A stretch of DNA of 64,000 bases from Escherichia phage a48: sequence record OQ067375.1, one strand, 5' to 3'. Of this stretch, positions 9,600 to 19,823 are shown in pieces. The translations under genes and the position numbers were made by a program. The notes beneath the pieces were generated by a model. The model did not search any database and was not told where the DNA came from. It worked only from the letters and a program-made list of their open reading frames with translations. Numbering within the stretch: position 1 is the stretch's first letter; each line of letters begins with the position of its first letter.

Positions 9600-9794
9600 T
9601 TATTTGAATTGTTCAATTCTTTTCTCTAGACATTCAGCATAAGATTTCATTGAGATGAACTGTGAAAGTAGCAATTCTTGCTCAACTGCACTAACTGTTA
9701 GAAACTTTGCGCTTTCTAAAAATTTGCTCAGTGCATTAATTTTGAGCATTAATTGATCGTATTCTTCTTTTACTCGTGCTTGATAACCTAACAT
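9600..9794 (-). CDS. Hypothetical protein (64 aa)
   Basis: Flanked on both sides by identical hairpin-SD units. Confidence 0.4.
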   Translation of the reverse strand: MLGYQARVKEEYDQLMLKINALSKFLESAKFLTVSAVEQELLLSQFISMKSYAECLEKRIEQFK

Positions 9795-9808
9795 AATTTT
9801 CCTTAGTT

Positions 9809-9824
9809 AAGGGCCGAAGCCCTT
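9809..9824 (-). other. Intercistronic C(UUCG)G RNA hairpin
   Basis: Same unit as 9582..9597; overlaps rIIB stop. Confidence 0.6.
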
Positions 9825-10761
9825 ATTTAAATTGTTCAGTAACGTCTTCAACTACTTCGTATTGGCAGGTACGCATTTTAGCATCGTTGTAATCAATCGG
9901 AATTGATACTACATCACGCGGATGTACTTTAACTTTTACAACTCGGCTGGTTGAACTGCCAAAGTGACGAATATAAGATTTAGAACATACATGCAGACCA
10001 CGAGAACAAGTTTGTGTATCATCGTCATTCACACGAGTACGTGGCATTTTAACTACTTTACCCGGACTGTTATCAAAGGTGTTTGAGTGACAGTCAAAGT
10101 AGTTGTCACGAACTACTTTCCAAGCATAGAAGTAACCATCTTCGGTGATTTCAATATCGTTTGCTACCAAGAAATCAAAGAGTCGAGATACTGCTTTTTG
10201 GCTTGGGTTTTCCAGCAGATTTTCCAAGAACGGAAAATAAAATTCAAAGTTTTCGCCTTTTTCCATCGAGTCAAGAATACGATCAACCAAACCAGACCGC
10301 AATTCAATATTTTGATAGAACAAGCTTCCACCTTCAATTCGAACATCGCCGGAAATATATTTTTCAACAGCACGGCGAACATTAATTTTTTGTGCAGCTT
10401 CTTCCAGCTTATCCGCTACAAGCAGATTAAGAATTTCCTGGAAGTTTGAATGAGTATTAGGAGTTGCGTTATAAGTTACACCATCGACAGTAATCGAAAT
10501 GAATTTTTTAGATGCATTCCAAATAATGTCAGATTTAGCAACTGGAGCAATAACTGCATCGCTATTAACTTTAACTGTAATATCACCACTAATAGTAACT
10601 TTAGGGCGTTTAGCTTCTTCAGCATTTTTCAAAACACGACGGATTGTGTCAACCGATACACCTTGCCAATCAGCCAATTCCTGTTGAGTGTAATTACCAC
10701 TTGAATACAGTTTAACAATTTCAGCTTGTTCGTTTTTGGTCAGGCATTTAATATTGTACAT
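9823..10761 (-). CDS. rIIB: rIIB protein
   Basis: 312 aa as in T4 rIIB. Confidence 0.9.
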   Translation of the reverse strand: MYNIKCLTKNEQAEIVKLYSSGNYTQQELADWQGVSVDTIRRVLKNAEEAKRPKVTISGDITVKVNSDAVIAPVAKSDIIWNASKKFISITVDGVTYNATPNTHSNFQEILNLLVADKLEEAAQKINVRRAVEKYISGDVRIEGGSLFYQNIELRSGLVDRILDSMEKGENFEFYFPFLENLLENPSQKAVSRLFDFLVANDIEITEDGYFYAWKVVRDNYFDCHSNTFDNSPGKVVKMPRTRVNDDDTQTCSRGLHVCSKSYIRHFGSSTSRVVKVKVHPRDVVSIPIDYNDAKMRTCQYEVVEDVTEQFK

Positions 10762-10772
10762 AATTTTCCTTA

Positions 10773-12950
10773 TTAGGCCGCAAGGGCCTTCATAGTTTTA
10801 GCGATTTGGGAAACTTCATCATCACTTAAAGAGTTGCGATAACCGATGAAGTCGGAAACAATACGGAATTTCTTGGTAAACTCAGCAACCATTTTATCAC
10901 TGTTTTTTGAAGCATTATTTGATAATACATCAAAAAGATTAGTTACTGTCCAGATGTCATGACCGATGGTATCTTTTCCACCATTAAAATATACACCGCG
11001 CAATGAACTAACTATATTAGCGAGTCGTGTATATTCTTCAGAAACTTCATCTGTACTGAAGTACTTCATCATAAAATCTAGTTCAGGATGCTTGATAATT
11101 TTATCAATATATCGTTGAGCTGAACTTGAATAACCTACGTACTTATCATAATCTACATCATCAAAAGCATCTACATATAAATCACGCAAAGCTTCAAAAA
11201 TACATTGGCACTGACCAAGCTCTTTTACCTTTTTCTGCAAAAGCGGACGAATAACATAAAATTCATTAATGCCAATAAGATTAGCCATACGAATCAAAAT
11301 ATTCATAGATGGATGACAAAGAGATGTAGTACCATCCATAGAGAAAATATAAGAACGATGCATATACGCTACATAACCAGTAATTTCATCTGCTTCTGAT
11401 GTGAGCGTAAACAGTTCCTCTTTTTCCCATCGCCCATCTTTAATTTCAAACTTAAATGCTGTAGCAGCTTTAGGACGAGGAGCTTTACTTTTAACTACCT
11501 TTGGAATATAGCTTTTAACTAAAGCTTCAATTTCTGACAAATAATGAATGTTAACTTCATCACTTTCAAACATCGCCATAATATCAGGAAGTAAATCAAT
11601 CTGCGATTCTACTTCTGGATTAATAAACAGAAGACGCTCATTGTGATGAATATTCAAAGTGTTATTAAATTCACTATCATCTAACGCATGTGCTAATCCA
11701 CGGACAATATTAACACGATTTTTAATATTATCAATAACGATATTAATTTTTGTTGCATTAATACCAAACAGACGATAACTTGATGCAACGGCTGAAGTTT
11801 CATGACTTTGCTTAATGCGCTTCAGTCGAGGGTCAAGATTTACTTCATACACAACTCCTGCATTACATAACTTACTGTCAGGTTCAAACATGCTCTGCAT
11901 CTTCTTATATGACAGATTTTTAGTCGTGAATTTGACTGAATTACTAATCATATAATCTCGAGCAGAATACCCCATCTTCATCAATTCACGATATGTGTGA
12001 CGAGGAGATGTAGATTCTTTAAATCGTTTTACATCTTCATTAAATGCTTTCTCACTGAGTTCTTTAACACGCTCAATAATATTTTTACGAGTACGATCGT
12101 CTAATGAAAGAGCTTCGCGTGATGGAGCAATATCAAGTGAACCCATTGGAAACTTAATGTAATTCACTTCATTGCGAATGCTTAGCCAGTTACGGTCTCT
12201 AATAACACCATCGATAGGATAAACAATACCGCCATAGATAGCATATAATCCACCACGATCTGGCCAGTATCTTTCTGGATTTACGCCATAATAATCATCA
12301 AAATCCGGAAAATAATCAATTTCGCGGTCAAGACCATTAATGATAGCCAAATCTTTGAATGGTCGCATGATATAAGAAACTTCATAAGCAAAGTTTCTAA
12401 AGTCTTTTTCTTCAACTGGAACTACGATTTCAATACCAGTTTTATCATCTGGACCCATTTCTTTTACGAATGTAGGTTTAATCTGTGGACCATCACCATC
12501 CATGTAAGCTACATAACCACGAATTTCACCTTTATGATACGAAGTAATACTAAACGTATCAGTATAACTAAACGGAGATTTAGAACCTAAACCAAATCCG
12601 CCAATAAAGTCATTAGATTCAGCTTTAGATGAACTGAAGTATGAATTATACAGACCAGGAGAATTATCATCACCCTGAATATCAAAATCACTCATACCCG
12701 GACCAAAATCTCGGCAAACAAATCGCGGGTCTAATCGTCCTGGAACTTGAATGATAAATTTTTCAGGATTTCCATTGAGAGCATGGGCATCAATCATGTT
12801 AGTAATCAATTCACGAACTACTGCGCGAATCTTGTTTGTATACAAATCAGATGACAGAATTTTAAATACTTTAGGAGATGCTGTGATGCTAAATGCTTTT
12901 GATTTAGAACCATTACCAAGAATTGTTTCTTTTTCAGTAGTGATAATCAT
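10773..12950 (-). CDS. rIIA: rIIA protein
   Basis: 725 aa as in T4 rIIA. Confidence 0.95.
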   Translation of the reverse strand: MIITTEKETILGNGSKSKAFSITASPKVFKILSSDLYTNKIRAVVRELITNMIDAHALNGNPEKFIIQVPGRLDPRFVCRDFGPGMSDFDIQGDDNSPGLYNSYFSSSKAESNDFIGGFGLGSKSPFSYTDTFSITSYHKGEIRGYVAYMDGDGPQIKPTFVKEMGPDDKTGIEIVVPVEEKDFRNFAYEVSYIMRPFKDLAIINGLDREIDYFPDFDDYYGVNPERYWPDRGGLYAIYGGIVYPIDGVIRDRNWLSIRNEVNYIKFPMGSLDIAPSREALSLDDRTRKNIIERVKELSEKAFNEDVKRFKESTSPRHTYRELMKMGYSARDYMISNSVKFTTKNLSYKKMQSMFEPDSKLCNAGVVYEVNLDPRLKRIKQSHETSAVASSYRLFGINATKINIVIDNIKNRVNIVRGLAHALDDSEFNNTLNIHHNERLLFINPEVESQIDLLPDIMAMFESDEVNIHYLSEIEALVKSYIPKVVKSKAPRPKAATAFKFEIKDGRWEKEELFTLTSEADEITGYVAYMHRSYIFSMDGTTSLCHPSMNILIRMANLIGINEFYVIRPLLQKKVKELGQCQCIFEALRDLYVDAFDDVDYDKYVGYSSSAQRYIDKIIKHPELDFMMKYFSTDEVSEEYTRLANIVSSLRGVYFNGGKDTIGHDIWTVTNLFDVLSNNASKNSDKMVAEFTKKFRIVSDFIGYRNSLSDDEVSQIAKTMKALAA

Positions 12951-12960
12951 AATTTCCTCA

Positions 12961-13164
12961 TTAATTCATATTACGCTTAATAACTTCAGCAACTTCTAGT
13001 AGTTCATCTTTAGTTGCAGTGTCGGATTGAATTTTATCTCTAATATCTTTAAAGCGGTTTTTAAATTCTTCGGCTTCTCCCATATCAAAAAAGCGTTGAA
13101 TGATTCTATATTCTCGATGAACTGCTTTATCAAAAAGTTCTAAATTTACTTTATATGATTTCAT
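12961..13164 (-). CDS. rIIA.1: rIIA.1-like small protein (67 aa)
   Basis: Position between rIIA and 39. Confidence 0.5.
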   Translation of the reverse strand: MKSYKVNLELFDKAVHREYRIIQRFFDMGEAEEFKNRFKDIRDKIQSDTATKDELLEVAEVIKRNMN

Positions 13165-13189
13165 TTCAATATCCTCATTTACTCAATTA

Positions 13190-13219
13190 ATTATACCACA
13201 TCCTTGTGGTAAAGTAAAC
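13190..13219 (-). promoter_or_regulatory. Early sigma70-type promoter (GTTTAC / TATAAT)
   Basis: Consensus -35 and -10 on - strand upstream of rIIA.1. Confidence 0.6.
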
Positions 13220-15036
13220 TACTGGCTCATCCATTCTTTACGAAGGTCAGCATTATCTCCCATGAGCATTTCAAAAAGCTCTTTCCAGTTCTCAGGAAGT
13301 TTAACAACATCATATACTGGGTTTTGAATCATCTCACGATATTCAGATTTTTCCAAAGAGCCAAGTCCTTTAATATAACGGATGCTATGTTTAGGTAGAG
13401 CATCTTTGGCACTCTCATATTCAGCGACTGTATAAAACCATTCTTGTTTTTTACCGACCTGAGCGATGATTACAGGAGTTTTGACAAAGCGAATTCTTCC
13501 TTGCTCAAACAATTCTGGCCAATTACTAAAAAATCCGAGCAGAGAAGGATAAATGCTTCCTAGACCATCATGGTCAGCATCAGTCATAATAGCGATATTA
13601 TGATAATTCAAGTTTTCGGCTTTTTCACCAAGAACTAATCCAGTGATTGCGCAAATATCAAACAGTTCTTTGTTTTTAAGCATATCAGCATATGACATAC
13701 CCCAGCTGTTAAGAACTTTACCGCGTAATGGATAACCACCATGAAGTTCTTTATCACGAACATCAATAAGATATCCGATAGCCGAATCACCCTCAGTTAA
13801 GAATAATGTAGTATCAGCATCTTTACCGCAAAGATTCGCTTTGATATGTTTATGAACCTTAGCTTTAGAAGCCTTTTTAGCTGCTTTAGTTTCTGCTGCT
13901 TTTTCTGCCGCCAATTTACGAGCCAAAGCAGCTTCAATAATCGGCATTAGAATTGCTTCATTATTTAGAATAGCACGTGAAATCTTTTTAGCATCAAGCT
14001 GAATATGACTACGGATTTCACCAAATGGAGAAGTCAAACGCTCTTTAGTTTGAGAATCAAATCGCATGTTTTTCATATCACGGACAAACATAACGATAGT
14101 CAAACATTCTTTAACGCGTGCTTTAGTCACATCAATTTTGAACTTACGTTTGATTTGTGGAATAAGGTCTTCACAAATATCATCCATAACACAGTCAATG
14201 TGATGGCCACCATTCTTAGTGTGAATGTTATTAACATAAGTTAATTGACGAAAACCATCCGGTGAACGACCAACCGCAATAGAACAATTTTCTTGTTCTT
14301 GAACAATAGCATGTTCATCATACTGTCGTGCATATTTCTTAAAATTGCCCTGAACCTTTTTACCATTAAAGGTAAATTGAATATCAGGATAAACTACCGC
14401 AAGTGTCTGGAGACGATCTAGTGTAATGTCAAGATAAACTTGGGACAGCTCATTAGTTTCAAATGACATAAAATCAGGAATGAAAGTAACACGAGTTCCT
14501 TTCCATTTTCCAGGAATATCTTCCCATGATTTATTTTCCATGCCGTTTGAACAACGAACTACAATATTATTTTGACCATCGCCAGTTTCACCGACAAACA
14601 TCACAGAAAAAATGTTAGTTAAACTAGAACCAACACCATTCATACCGCCAGTGACGCGCTCTTTGTCATCACCAAAGTTACCACCTGCTTTTGGAATAGT
14701 CCACGCAGCAACAGGACCAGGAATTTCTTCACCGGTAGGTGTCTTAACCATCGCTTGTGGAATACCACGACCGTTATCTTCAACTGTTACTTGATTGTTT
14801 TTAATAGTAACATTAATTTTATTTGCGAATTTAAACTTAGTACGAATACCTTCATCTACTGAGTTATCGATAATTTCATCAATAAGCTTAACAAGACCAG
14901 GTACATACTGAACACTTTCCCATTTACCAAACAGAAAGCGCTCATGCATTTCATTAGCTGAAGAGCCAATGTACATGCCGCTACGCTTTTTGATATGTTC
15001 AATATCGCTCAGAATTTTAATTTCATTCTTAATCAT
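13219..15036 (-). CDS. 39: DNA topoisomerase II large subunit, uninterrupted gp39+gp60 equivalent (605 aa)
   Basis: GyrB-like ATPase; single continuous ORF; track start is GTG, ATG used. Confidence 0.9.
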   Translation of the reverse strand: MIKNEIKILSDIEHIKKRSGMYIGSSANEMHERFLFGKWESVQYVPGLVKLIDEIIDNSVDEGIRTKFKFANKINVTIKNNQVTVEDNGRGIPQAMVKTPTGEEIPGPVAAWTIPKAGGNFGDDKERVTGGMNGVGSSLTNIFSVMFVGETGDGQNNIVVRCSNGMENKSWEDIPGKWKGTRVTFIPDFMSFETNELSQVYLDITLDRLQTLAVVYPDIQFTFNGKKVQGNFKKYARQYDEHAIVQEQENCSIAVGRSPDGFRQLTYVNNIHTKNGGHHIDCVMDDICEDLIPQIKRKFKIDVTKARVKECLTIVMFVRDMKNMRFDSQTKERLTSPFGEIRSHIQLDAKKISRAILNNEAILMPIIEAALARKLAAEKAAETKAAKKASKAKVHKHIKANLCGKDADTTLFLTEGDSAIGYLIDVRDKELHGGYPLRGKVLNSWGMSYADMLKNKELFDICAITGLVLGEKAENLNYHNIAIMTDADHDGLGSIYPSLLGFFSNWPELFEQGRIRFVKTPVIIAQVGKKQEWFYTVAEYESAKDALPKHSIRYIKGLGSLEKSEYREMIQNPVYDVVKLPENWKELFEMLMGDNADLRKEWMSQ

Positions 15037-15088
15037 CACTTATCCTCGTTTGGTTTCGGGAATATTATACTCCGGTAATCATAAAGCT

Positions 15089-15106
15089 AAAGGCCCGAAG
15101 GCCTTT
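15089..15106 (-). terminator. C(UUCG)G hairpin after lipoprotein ORF
   Basis: AAAGGCC-CGAA-GGCCTTT. Confidence 0.5.
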
Positions 15107-15366
15107 TATTTAAAACGGATAGTCGAATCCTTAAAGAACAGCCCAGAACACACGGTTCCTTCTACTTTCTGCCCGGTAGGTCCAATAGCACGAAATCCAG
15201 TATGTTGGAAATCATTTTCAGAGCAACCGAACCAGTTATATCCAGTGATTTCAATATTAGTAAAACCACTTGAAGACAAAACTTTGGTTGCATTATCAGC
15301 ATCAGTACATCCTACTAAAGACACTACTAATACTAATGCTGCGATAGAACGATTAATATATTTCAT
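15106..15366 (-). CDS. Putative lipoprotein (86 aa)
   Basis: Signal peptide with lipobox LVGC. Confidence 0.5.
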   Translation of the reverse strand: MKYINRSIAALVLVVSLVGCTDADNATKVLSSSGFTNIEITGYNWFGCSENDFQHTGFRAIGPTGQKVEGTVCSGLFFKDSTIRFK

Positions 15367-15370
15367 AATT

Positions 15371-15742
15371 TCACTTAAATTTAATGGCTTGAAGGAGACT
15401 AATAATTCTCAAGCGACTTCCTTCATCTTTAACTGTAAAAGAAAGAGGGTCACCAGATTTCATAGTGATAGTGCATTCAAAAGCAAAACCTTCGGGAACT
15501 TCTTCGAAGAAGTCAAATTCTTCATCATAAATTAGAACATTACTCTGAAAACTGTGAAGAATTTTTCCGTCATTTCCAGATGCTGTACTAATCATTGTAA
15601 CATTATTACCTTTCATATCTTCAACGATAAATTCGCTTGTAGATATTACAGCATTAATAGAACCATTCCTATAAATAGCAGAAAATAGATATTTCTTTTC
15701 TTCACCTTCGCGAATGCGATATTTCTTACCGATTTTAAACAT
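15371..15742 (-). CDS. Hypothetical protein (123 aa)
   Basis: ORF in early cluster. Confidence 0.5.
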   Translation of the reverse strand: MFKIGKKYRIREGEEKKYLFSAIYRNGSINAVISTSEFIVEDMKGNNVTMISTASGNDGKILHSFQSNVLIYDEEFDFFEEVPEGFAFECTITMKSGDPLSFTVKDEGSRLRIISLLQAIKFK

Positions 15743-15744
15743 AA

Positions 15745-15921
15745 TTACCCTTTAAGTAAGTCGTAAAATCCGCCATTCACATGCTTAGGGGCAGAGACTA
15801 ACCGAATAGCAATCCGATGACAATCAGGACATACATCAGTATCTCTTTCAGAAATTTTCTTGATTTTTTCGTATTCTTTTGCGCAGTCTTTTGATTGACA
15901 TTTATAATCATAAAGCGGCAT
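15745..15921 (-). CDS. FmdB-like zinc-ribbon protein (58 aa, sub-threshold)
   Basis: MPLYDYKC...CPDC...SAP pattern typical of the FmdB zinc-ribbon family. Confidence 0.5.
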   Translation of the reverse strand: MPLYDYKCQSKDCAKEYEKIKKISERDTDVCPDCHRIAIRLVSAPKHVNGGFYDLLKG

Positions 15922-15923
15922 AA

Positions 15924-16337
15924 TTATTCCTTAAAGTGAGCTTTCAACATCTGATACAAGGACCATGCCTGTTCATCATTTTCAATAGTAACTTTCATTA
16001 CAGGGAATTTAGATTGATCAGTTATCGGTGCAGATTCTTCCTGCTCTTCAGCTGCCTGGTATGGATTTTCAACTTCATTAAAGAATTCAGCTTCATTCGA
16101 TGAAAGCCAAATAAAATCTTCATCCAAAATATCTTTACCAGAAGATAGTACTAAATTTCCAGCAAATGACATAATTTTAATAGGACGCCCAAGAGCATCC
16201 ACATCTAAAATTTTAAAAGGGTGCATACCTAAACGGCGTGCATAGATTCCGTTATCAGTATGGTCTTTAATAAAATTTTCTTGAGCTTGTTTATTTTTAA
16301 ATTGATACCATTTATTAACTTCAAATTTAATAGCCAT
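15924..16337 (-). CDS. Hypothetical protein (137 aa; position of T4 goF)
   Basis: Synteny only. Confidence 0.4.
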   Translation of the reverse strand: MAIKFEVNKWYQFKNKQAQENFIKDHTDNGIYARRLGMHPFKILDVDALGRPIKIMSFAGNLVLSSGKDILDEDFIWLSSNEAEFFNEVENPYQAAEEQEESAPITDQSKFPVMKVTIENDEQAWSLYQMLKAHFKE

Positions 16338-16555
16338 TAATAAATTTCCTTCCAGTAAGTTGTGCCATCTTCAGTGATTTCACGAAATACACCGTAAATT
16401 GGTTGTTTATCCCCAACCTTTTCATACACATAAACCGAAGTCAAGTGAGTAAACTTAGCAGTGTGTTCCTTTTGAACTACTACCAAATCTGGATCGAATA
16501 ATACATCTTCAAATTCATCATTAGTGCAATTCTGAACAATTTTACGTTTCATCAT
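16337..16555 (-). CDS. Hypothetical protein (72 aa; position and size of T4 cef)
   Basis: Synteny and size only. Confidence 0.4.
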   Translation of the reverse strand: MMKRKIVQNCTNDEFEDVLFDPDLVVVQKEHTAKFTHLTSVYVYEKVGDKQPIYGVFREITEDGTTYWKEIY

Positions 16556-16726
16556 AATTTCCTCATTAATTGAACATTGGAGCGATGCGTTTCAGAAGAG
16601 TATCAGCGCACCTTTAACGAATTATCCATTTTATTCTTCAAGTTGTTTTCTGTATCAGTAGTTGATATTGATATAGTACCATAATCAACTACTGATGTAT
16701 ATAGTTTTATGAAAAAATTTTAAACT

Positions 16727-17218
16727 TTATGCATAGCGAGCTTTGCTGTAGTGTTTAATCCAACTTTCAGGAATGACTTTGTATGTTCCTAAAAATACCG
16801 CGTTGTATAACTTAACGCCATCTTCTACCCATTGATCAGTAATGTATGCACACATAGCGCGAGTACGCTGAGGAAGTGGTTGTCCACCTTCGGTAAATTC
16901 AAACTCATAAGGAGCAATGAACTTGATAGCTTGACCAAGTTTCCACTTAAAGTCTACACCTACATGCGAAGTATCAATCGTTTCAATTCCTTTAGCAGGA
17001 ACAGCTTTCAAAAACGCAGGCTCAAGAAATTTCCATCGAACATAACCAAACTGGGGCTTAGACATTCCATCTTTAGCAATGATACGTACTTTTACTTCAG
17101 AATCTTCATCTTTAACACCGTGTTTAAGCTGAATGCTTACAACTTCGACCAATTTTCCTGCTGCTTTAGAACGGGATTTATCAGATACACGAGCAATTTC
17201 ACCGATATTAATATTCAT
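16727..17218 (-). CDS. MotB-like protein (163 aa)
   Basis: Size and position of T4 motB; C-terminal homology to next ORF. Confidence 0.45.
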   Translation of the reverse strand: MNINIGEIARVSDKSRSKAAGKLVEVVSIQLKHGVKDEDSEVKVRIIAKDGMSKPQFGYVRWKFLEPAFLKAVPAKGIETIDTSHVGVDFKWKLGQAIKFIAPYEFEFTEGGQPLPQRTRAMCAYITDQWVEDGVKLYNAVFLGTYKVIPESWIKHYSKARYA

Positions 17219-17263
17219 AATTATCTCTCACTTGTTAAAAAGATTTTATACTCCACAGGACCA

Positions 17264-17292
17264 TTATACTCTGGTCCCAAGAGTTTGTAAAC
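17264..17292 (-). promoter_or_regulatory. Early sigma70-type promoter (GTTTAC / TATAAT)
   Basis: Consensus elements upstream of 16727..17218. Confidence 0.55.
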
Positions 17293-17840
17293 TAGCTTAC
17301 ACGAACATTAATCACTGCGCTACGAGGAACTACAGAGTATTCTCCAGCATGAACTACGTTCAGAAGTTCAACACCATCTTCAATCCACTGGTCTGTTACC
17401 CAACCACAGATAGGATTATCAAAAGGACGACGGATAGACACAGCAGCACACAACAGGTCTGTAGGGTCTTGTTCTTCAACTTCTTGGAACAGGATGAACT
17501 CATCTTCATAAACCAGGTTTTTCTTTATTTTGTTATTATCTAACCGGCGACCGTGGATGACGTAAGATTTGTCAAACCACTCACTTTTGGCAAATTCTTC
17601 AACAATAAATTCGCCTTCGCCAAAAACATCAGTCAGAGTTTTATGACCAGAAATCAAGGCATTAGTTTTAATTTTAGGTTCAACCAGTTTGTAGGTTTTG
17701 CCGATTTCAATAGCGGTAGTCATAGTAGGTTCCTTAATTTCCAGTGGTTTAACAGGGCATACATAAGTGCTTACAACATCAAAATCAATCAGTTTAGCTA
17801 CCGGATTTGGTATGTATTCAGGATTATAATTAAATTTCAT
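17292..17840 (-). CDS. Hypothetical protein, paralog of 16727..17218 (182 aa)
   Basis: Shared C-terminal motif TDQW[VI]EDGV. Confidence 0.5.
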   Translation of the reverse strand: MKFNYNPEYIPNPVAKLIDFDVVSTYVCPVKPLEIKEPTMTTAIEIGKTYKLVEPKIKTNALISGHKTLTDVFGEGEFIVEEFAKSEWFDKSYVIHGRRLDNNKIKKNLVYEDEFILFQEVEEQDPTDLLCAAVSIRRPFDNPICGWVTDQWIEDGVELLNVVHAGEYSVVPRSAVINVRVS

Positions 17841-17842
17841 AA

Positions 17843-18343
17843 TTATCTCATTTCAATAAAATCTACGAGTTCAGCATGCGATTTGCGGAACATTACTTGG
17901 TGCCCACCAATGATAACTTCATCTTCAGGAACTTCGTATACAGCGAGATAAAATCCTTTAGAAGATAATTCTTCCCGCTCTTCTCGTGTGAACCATCTCA
18001 TCATATCATATTCACTAGCGAAAGCAAAATGATAAAGACCTATAAACCATCCTGGAATATGATATTCTACTCCAACATAATCTTTCTTGAACTTAGTATT
18101 AATTACTATATTAGCGTTTTTAACTAATAGTTTATCTTCGTGTGGTAAAGGAATTCTTTTATTATTATCGCTGTGATGCATAAAATTAGGTCTGTCATAA
18201 CCTACGTGTAATAGCCACTCTTCGCTCCATGAATCTATTATACTCCTGTACGGCGTTATTTGAACACAAAGATTTCGACGTATTGTTATAGCATCTTCAT
18301 AATCAAGAATACTAAACGATGATTCAACACGATAAATTTTCAT
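17843..18343 (-). CDS. Hypothetical protein (166 aa; start moved to ATG after promoter)
   Basis: SD GAGGA. Confidence 0.45.
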   Translation of the reverse strand: MKIYRVESSFSILDYEDAITIRRNLCVQITPYRSIIDSWSEEWLLHVGYDRPNFMHHSDNNKRIPLPHEDKLLVKNANIVINTKFKKDYVGVEYHIPGWFIGLYHFAFASEYDMMRWFTREEREELSSKGFYLAVYEVPEDEVIIGGHQVMFRKSHAELVDFIEMR

Positions 18344-18370
18344 TTTATTATCCTCAGTAGCTATGGTGTT

Positions 18371-18400
18371 ATAATACCACAACTAACCGAGGAAGTAAAC
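18371..18400 (-). promoter_or_regulatory. Early sigma70-type promoter (GTTTAC / TATTAT)
   Basis: Consensus elements. Confidence 0.5.
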
Positions 18401-18406
18401 AACTTT

Positions 18407-19090
18407 TTATCGTTTTGTTGGAAGAGATAGAGGATCGCAATCTTCCTCTGACGGAGCATCTTCAAGACCCATAGCATATCGCAAAGCATACTTCATCATC
18501 AGAATATCTTTCGCACAGTCATGAATAGAATCATGCGCAACGAATCCATCTAAAGTTCCTTTTGGAAGAGGACACGTGGTCATATCACGAACAAGCAGAA
18601 GTGCTTCAATTCTGGTACGAATATCACGCTGATTCCAGAATTTACATGGTTCTAACTTAAATGTGTCAAGCTCATTCTCAGAAACACCATTAAGACGTTG
18701 AATATCACGAATGAGATCGACTAAAATTGGAAAATCAAACGACATTCCACGGCACCAGCCTTGAGATTTCCAAGGATCGATATTATGTGCATTGATGTAA
18801 TCATTAAATTTTGCAATACCATCGATGGTGCTTACATCTTCATCTGATGGTGCAATATTTTTTCGAGCTTCAGGAGACTGATTTTTCCACCATTCGATAG
18901 TGCTTTTAGTAAAAAGACGATGTCCTTTTTGGCTTTTTAAATCAAATTTGATTTTAATGCCGCGTGAAACTAATTCATCAAATGTTTCAACTACTTCTGG
19001 GTTAGGGTCAAAAGCAATTACAGCTAAATCAATAACAGCTGCTTTTTCACCACTTCCCATTGTTTCAAAATCTATAATAAAATCAAACAT
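18407..19090 (-). CDS. dexA: Exonuclease A DexA
   Basis: 227 aa as T4 DexA. Confidence 0.85.
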   Translation of the reverse strand: MFDFIIDFETMGSGEKAAVIDLAVIAFDPNPEVVETFDELVSRGIKIKFDLKSQKGHRLFTKSTIEWWKNQSPEARKNIAPSDEDVSTIDGIAKFNDYINAHNIDPWKSQGWCRGMSFDFPILVDLIRDIQRLNGVSENELDTFKLEPCKFWNQRDIRTRIEALLLVRDMTTCPLPKGTLDGFVAHDSIHDCAKDILMMKYALRYAMGLEDAPSEEDCDPLSLPTKR

Positions 19091-19347
19091 TAAATTTTCC
19101 TTGCTAAATCGCGAATTTGACCTACAGTATAGTCTTGAATATAAACTTTATTAATAGGTTCATCAATAAATTTTGCCATAGATTCAATATCTTTTTGCAT
19201 CTCTTCAAGACTGTATATTATCTTTAAAGCTTTTTCGCGAATAGTAATATTTTCAGGACCTGGATTTTCTTTAATGACAGCTTTAACATTTGTCATAAGA
19301 GATTTAAACTGGTACCAACTCAACTCAATCATTAATAATCGCCTCAT
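19090..19347 (-). CDS. Hypothetical protein (85 aa), tandem paralog 1 of 3
   Basis: Shared DY.VG[QE]IR.L motif with next ORF. Confidence 0.45.
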   Translation of the reverse strand: MRRLLMIELSWYQFKSLMTNVKAVIKENPGPENITIREKALKIIYSLEEMQKDIESMAKFIDEPINKVYIQDYTVGQIRDLARKI

Positions 19348-19585
19348 AAAGATATCTAATTTCGCCTAAAACGTAATCATTGAATGTAACAGTTTTCACT
19401 TCACCACAAAAGAATTCTAACGCAATTAAATCTCGTTCAATTTCTTCTAATTGAAGCATCAACTTACTAGATTCAATTTTTACAGTTTCACGATTTTTAC
19501 CATGAGCAATTTCATAAATTTCGCTAACTTTATCCTGAAGAAGATAAAACTGATCTTTAGTTATTTCCACGAATAGCTTCCTCAA
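19325..19585 (-). CDS. Hypothetical protein (86 aa), tandem paralog 2 of 3
   Basis: Overlapping ends, similar size. Confidence 0.45.
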   Translation of the reverse strand: MRKLFVEITKDQFYLLQDKVSEIYEIAHGKNRETVKIESSKLMLQLEEIERDLIALEFFCGEVKTVTFNDYVLGEIRYLYEAIIND

Positions 19586-19817
19586 ATTTAATTAGTAATT
19601 TACAGACACTTTCATCTAGTGTAATTACCGTATCTGTATTACTGTGATATGATTGTTTTTCAATTCGTTTAATTGCTAATATAGTATCACTTATAAGATA
19701 AAGCTTATGAAGGAGCTCAGCTCCTGTTATCATAACATTAAGATTATCTTGCTTATTAGTATGCTTCCTTATACCATCTATTAGACGATTTAAATATTTT
19801 GAATTGATGTTAATCAT
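19557..19817 (-). CDS. Hypothetical protein (86 aa), tandem paralog 3 of 3
   Basis: Similar size and context. Confidence 0.4.
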   Translation of the reverse strand: MININSKYLNRLIDGIRKHTNKQDNLNVMITGAELLHKLYLISDTILAIKRIEKQSYHSNTDTVITLDESVCKLLIKFEEAIRGNN

Positions 19818-19823
19818 ATATCC

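Noticed and set aside
10087-10449. Long + strand ORFs antisense to conserved - strand genes (also 14969..15535, 16832..17290, 17133..17543, 17553..17951, 40948..41364, 43360..43743)
   Set aside because: They lie entirely inside well-supported genes (rIIB, gp39, motB-like, gp45, gp46) on the opposite strand, have no SD or promoter and have low-complexity composition; treated as frame artefacts
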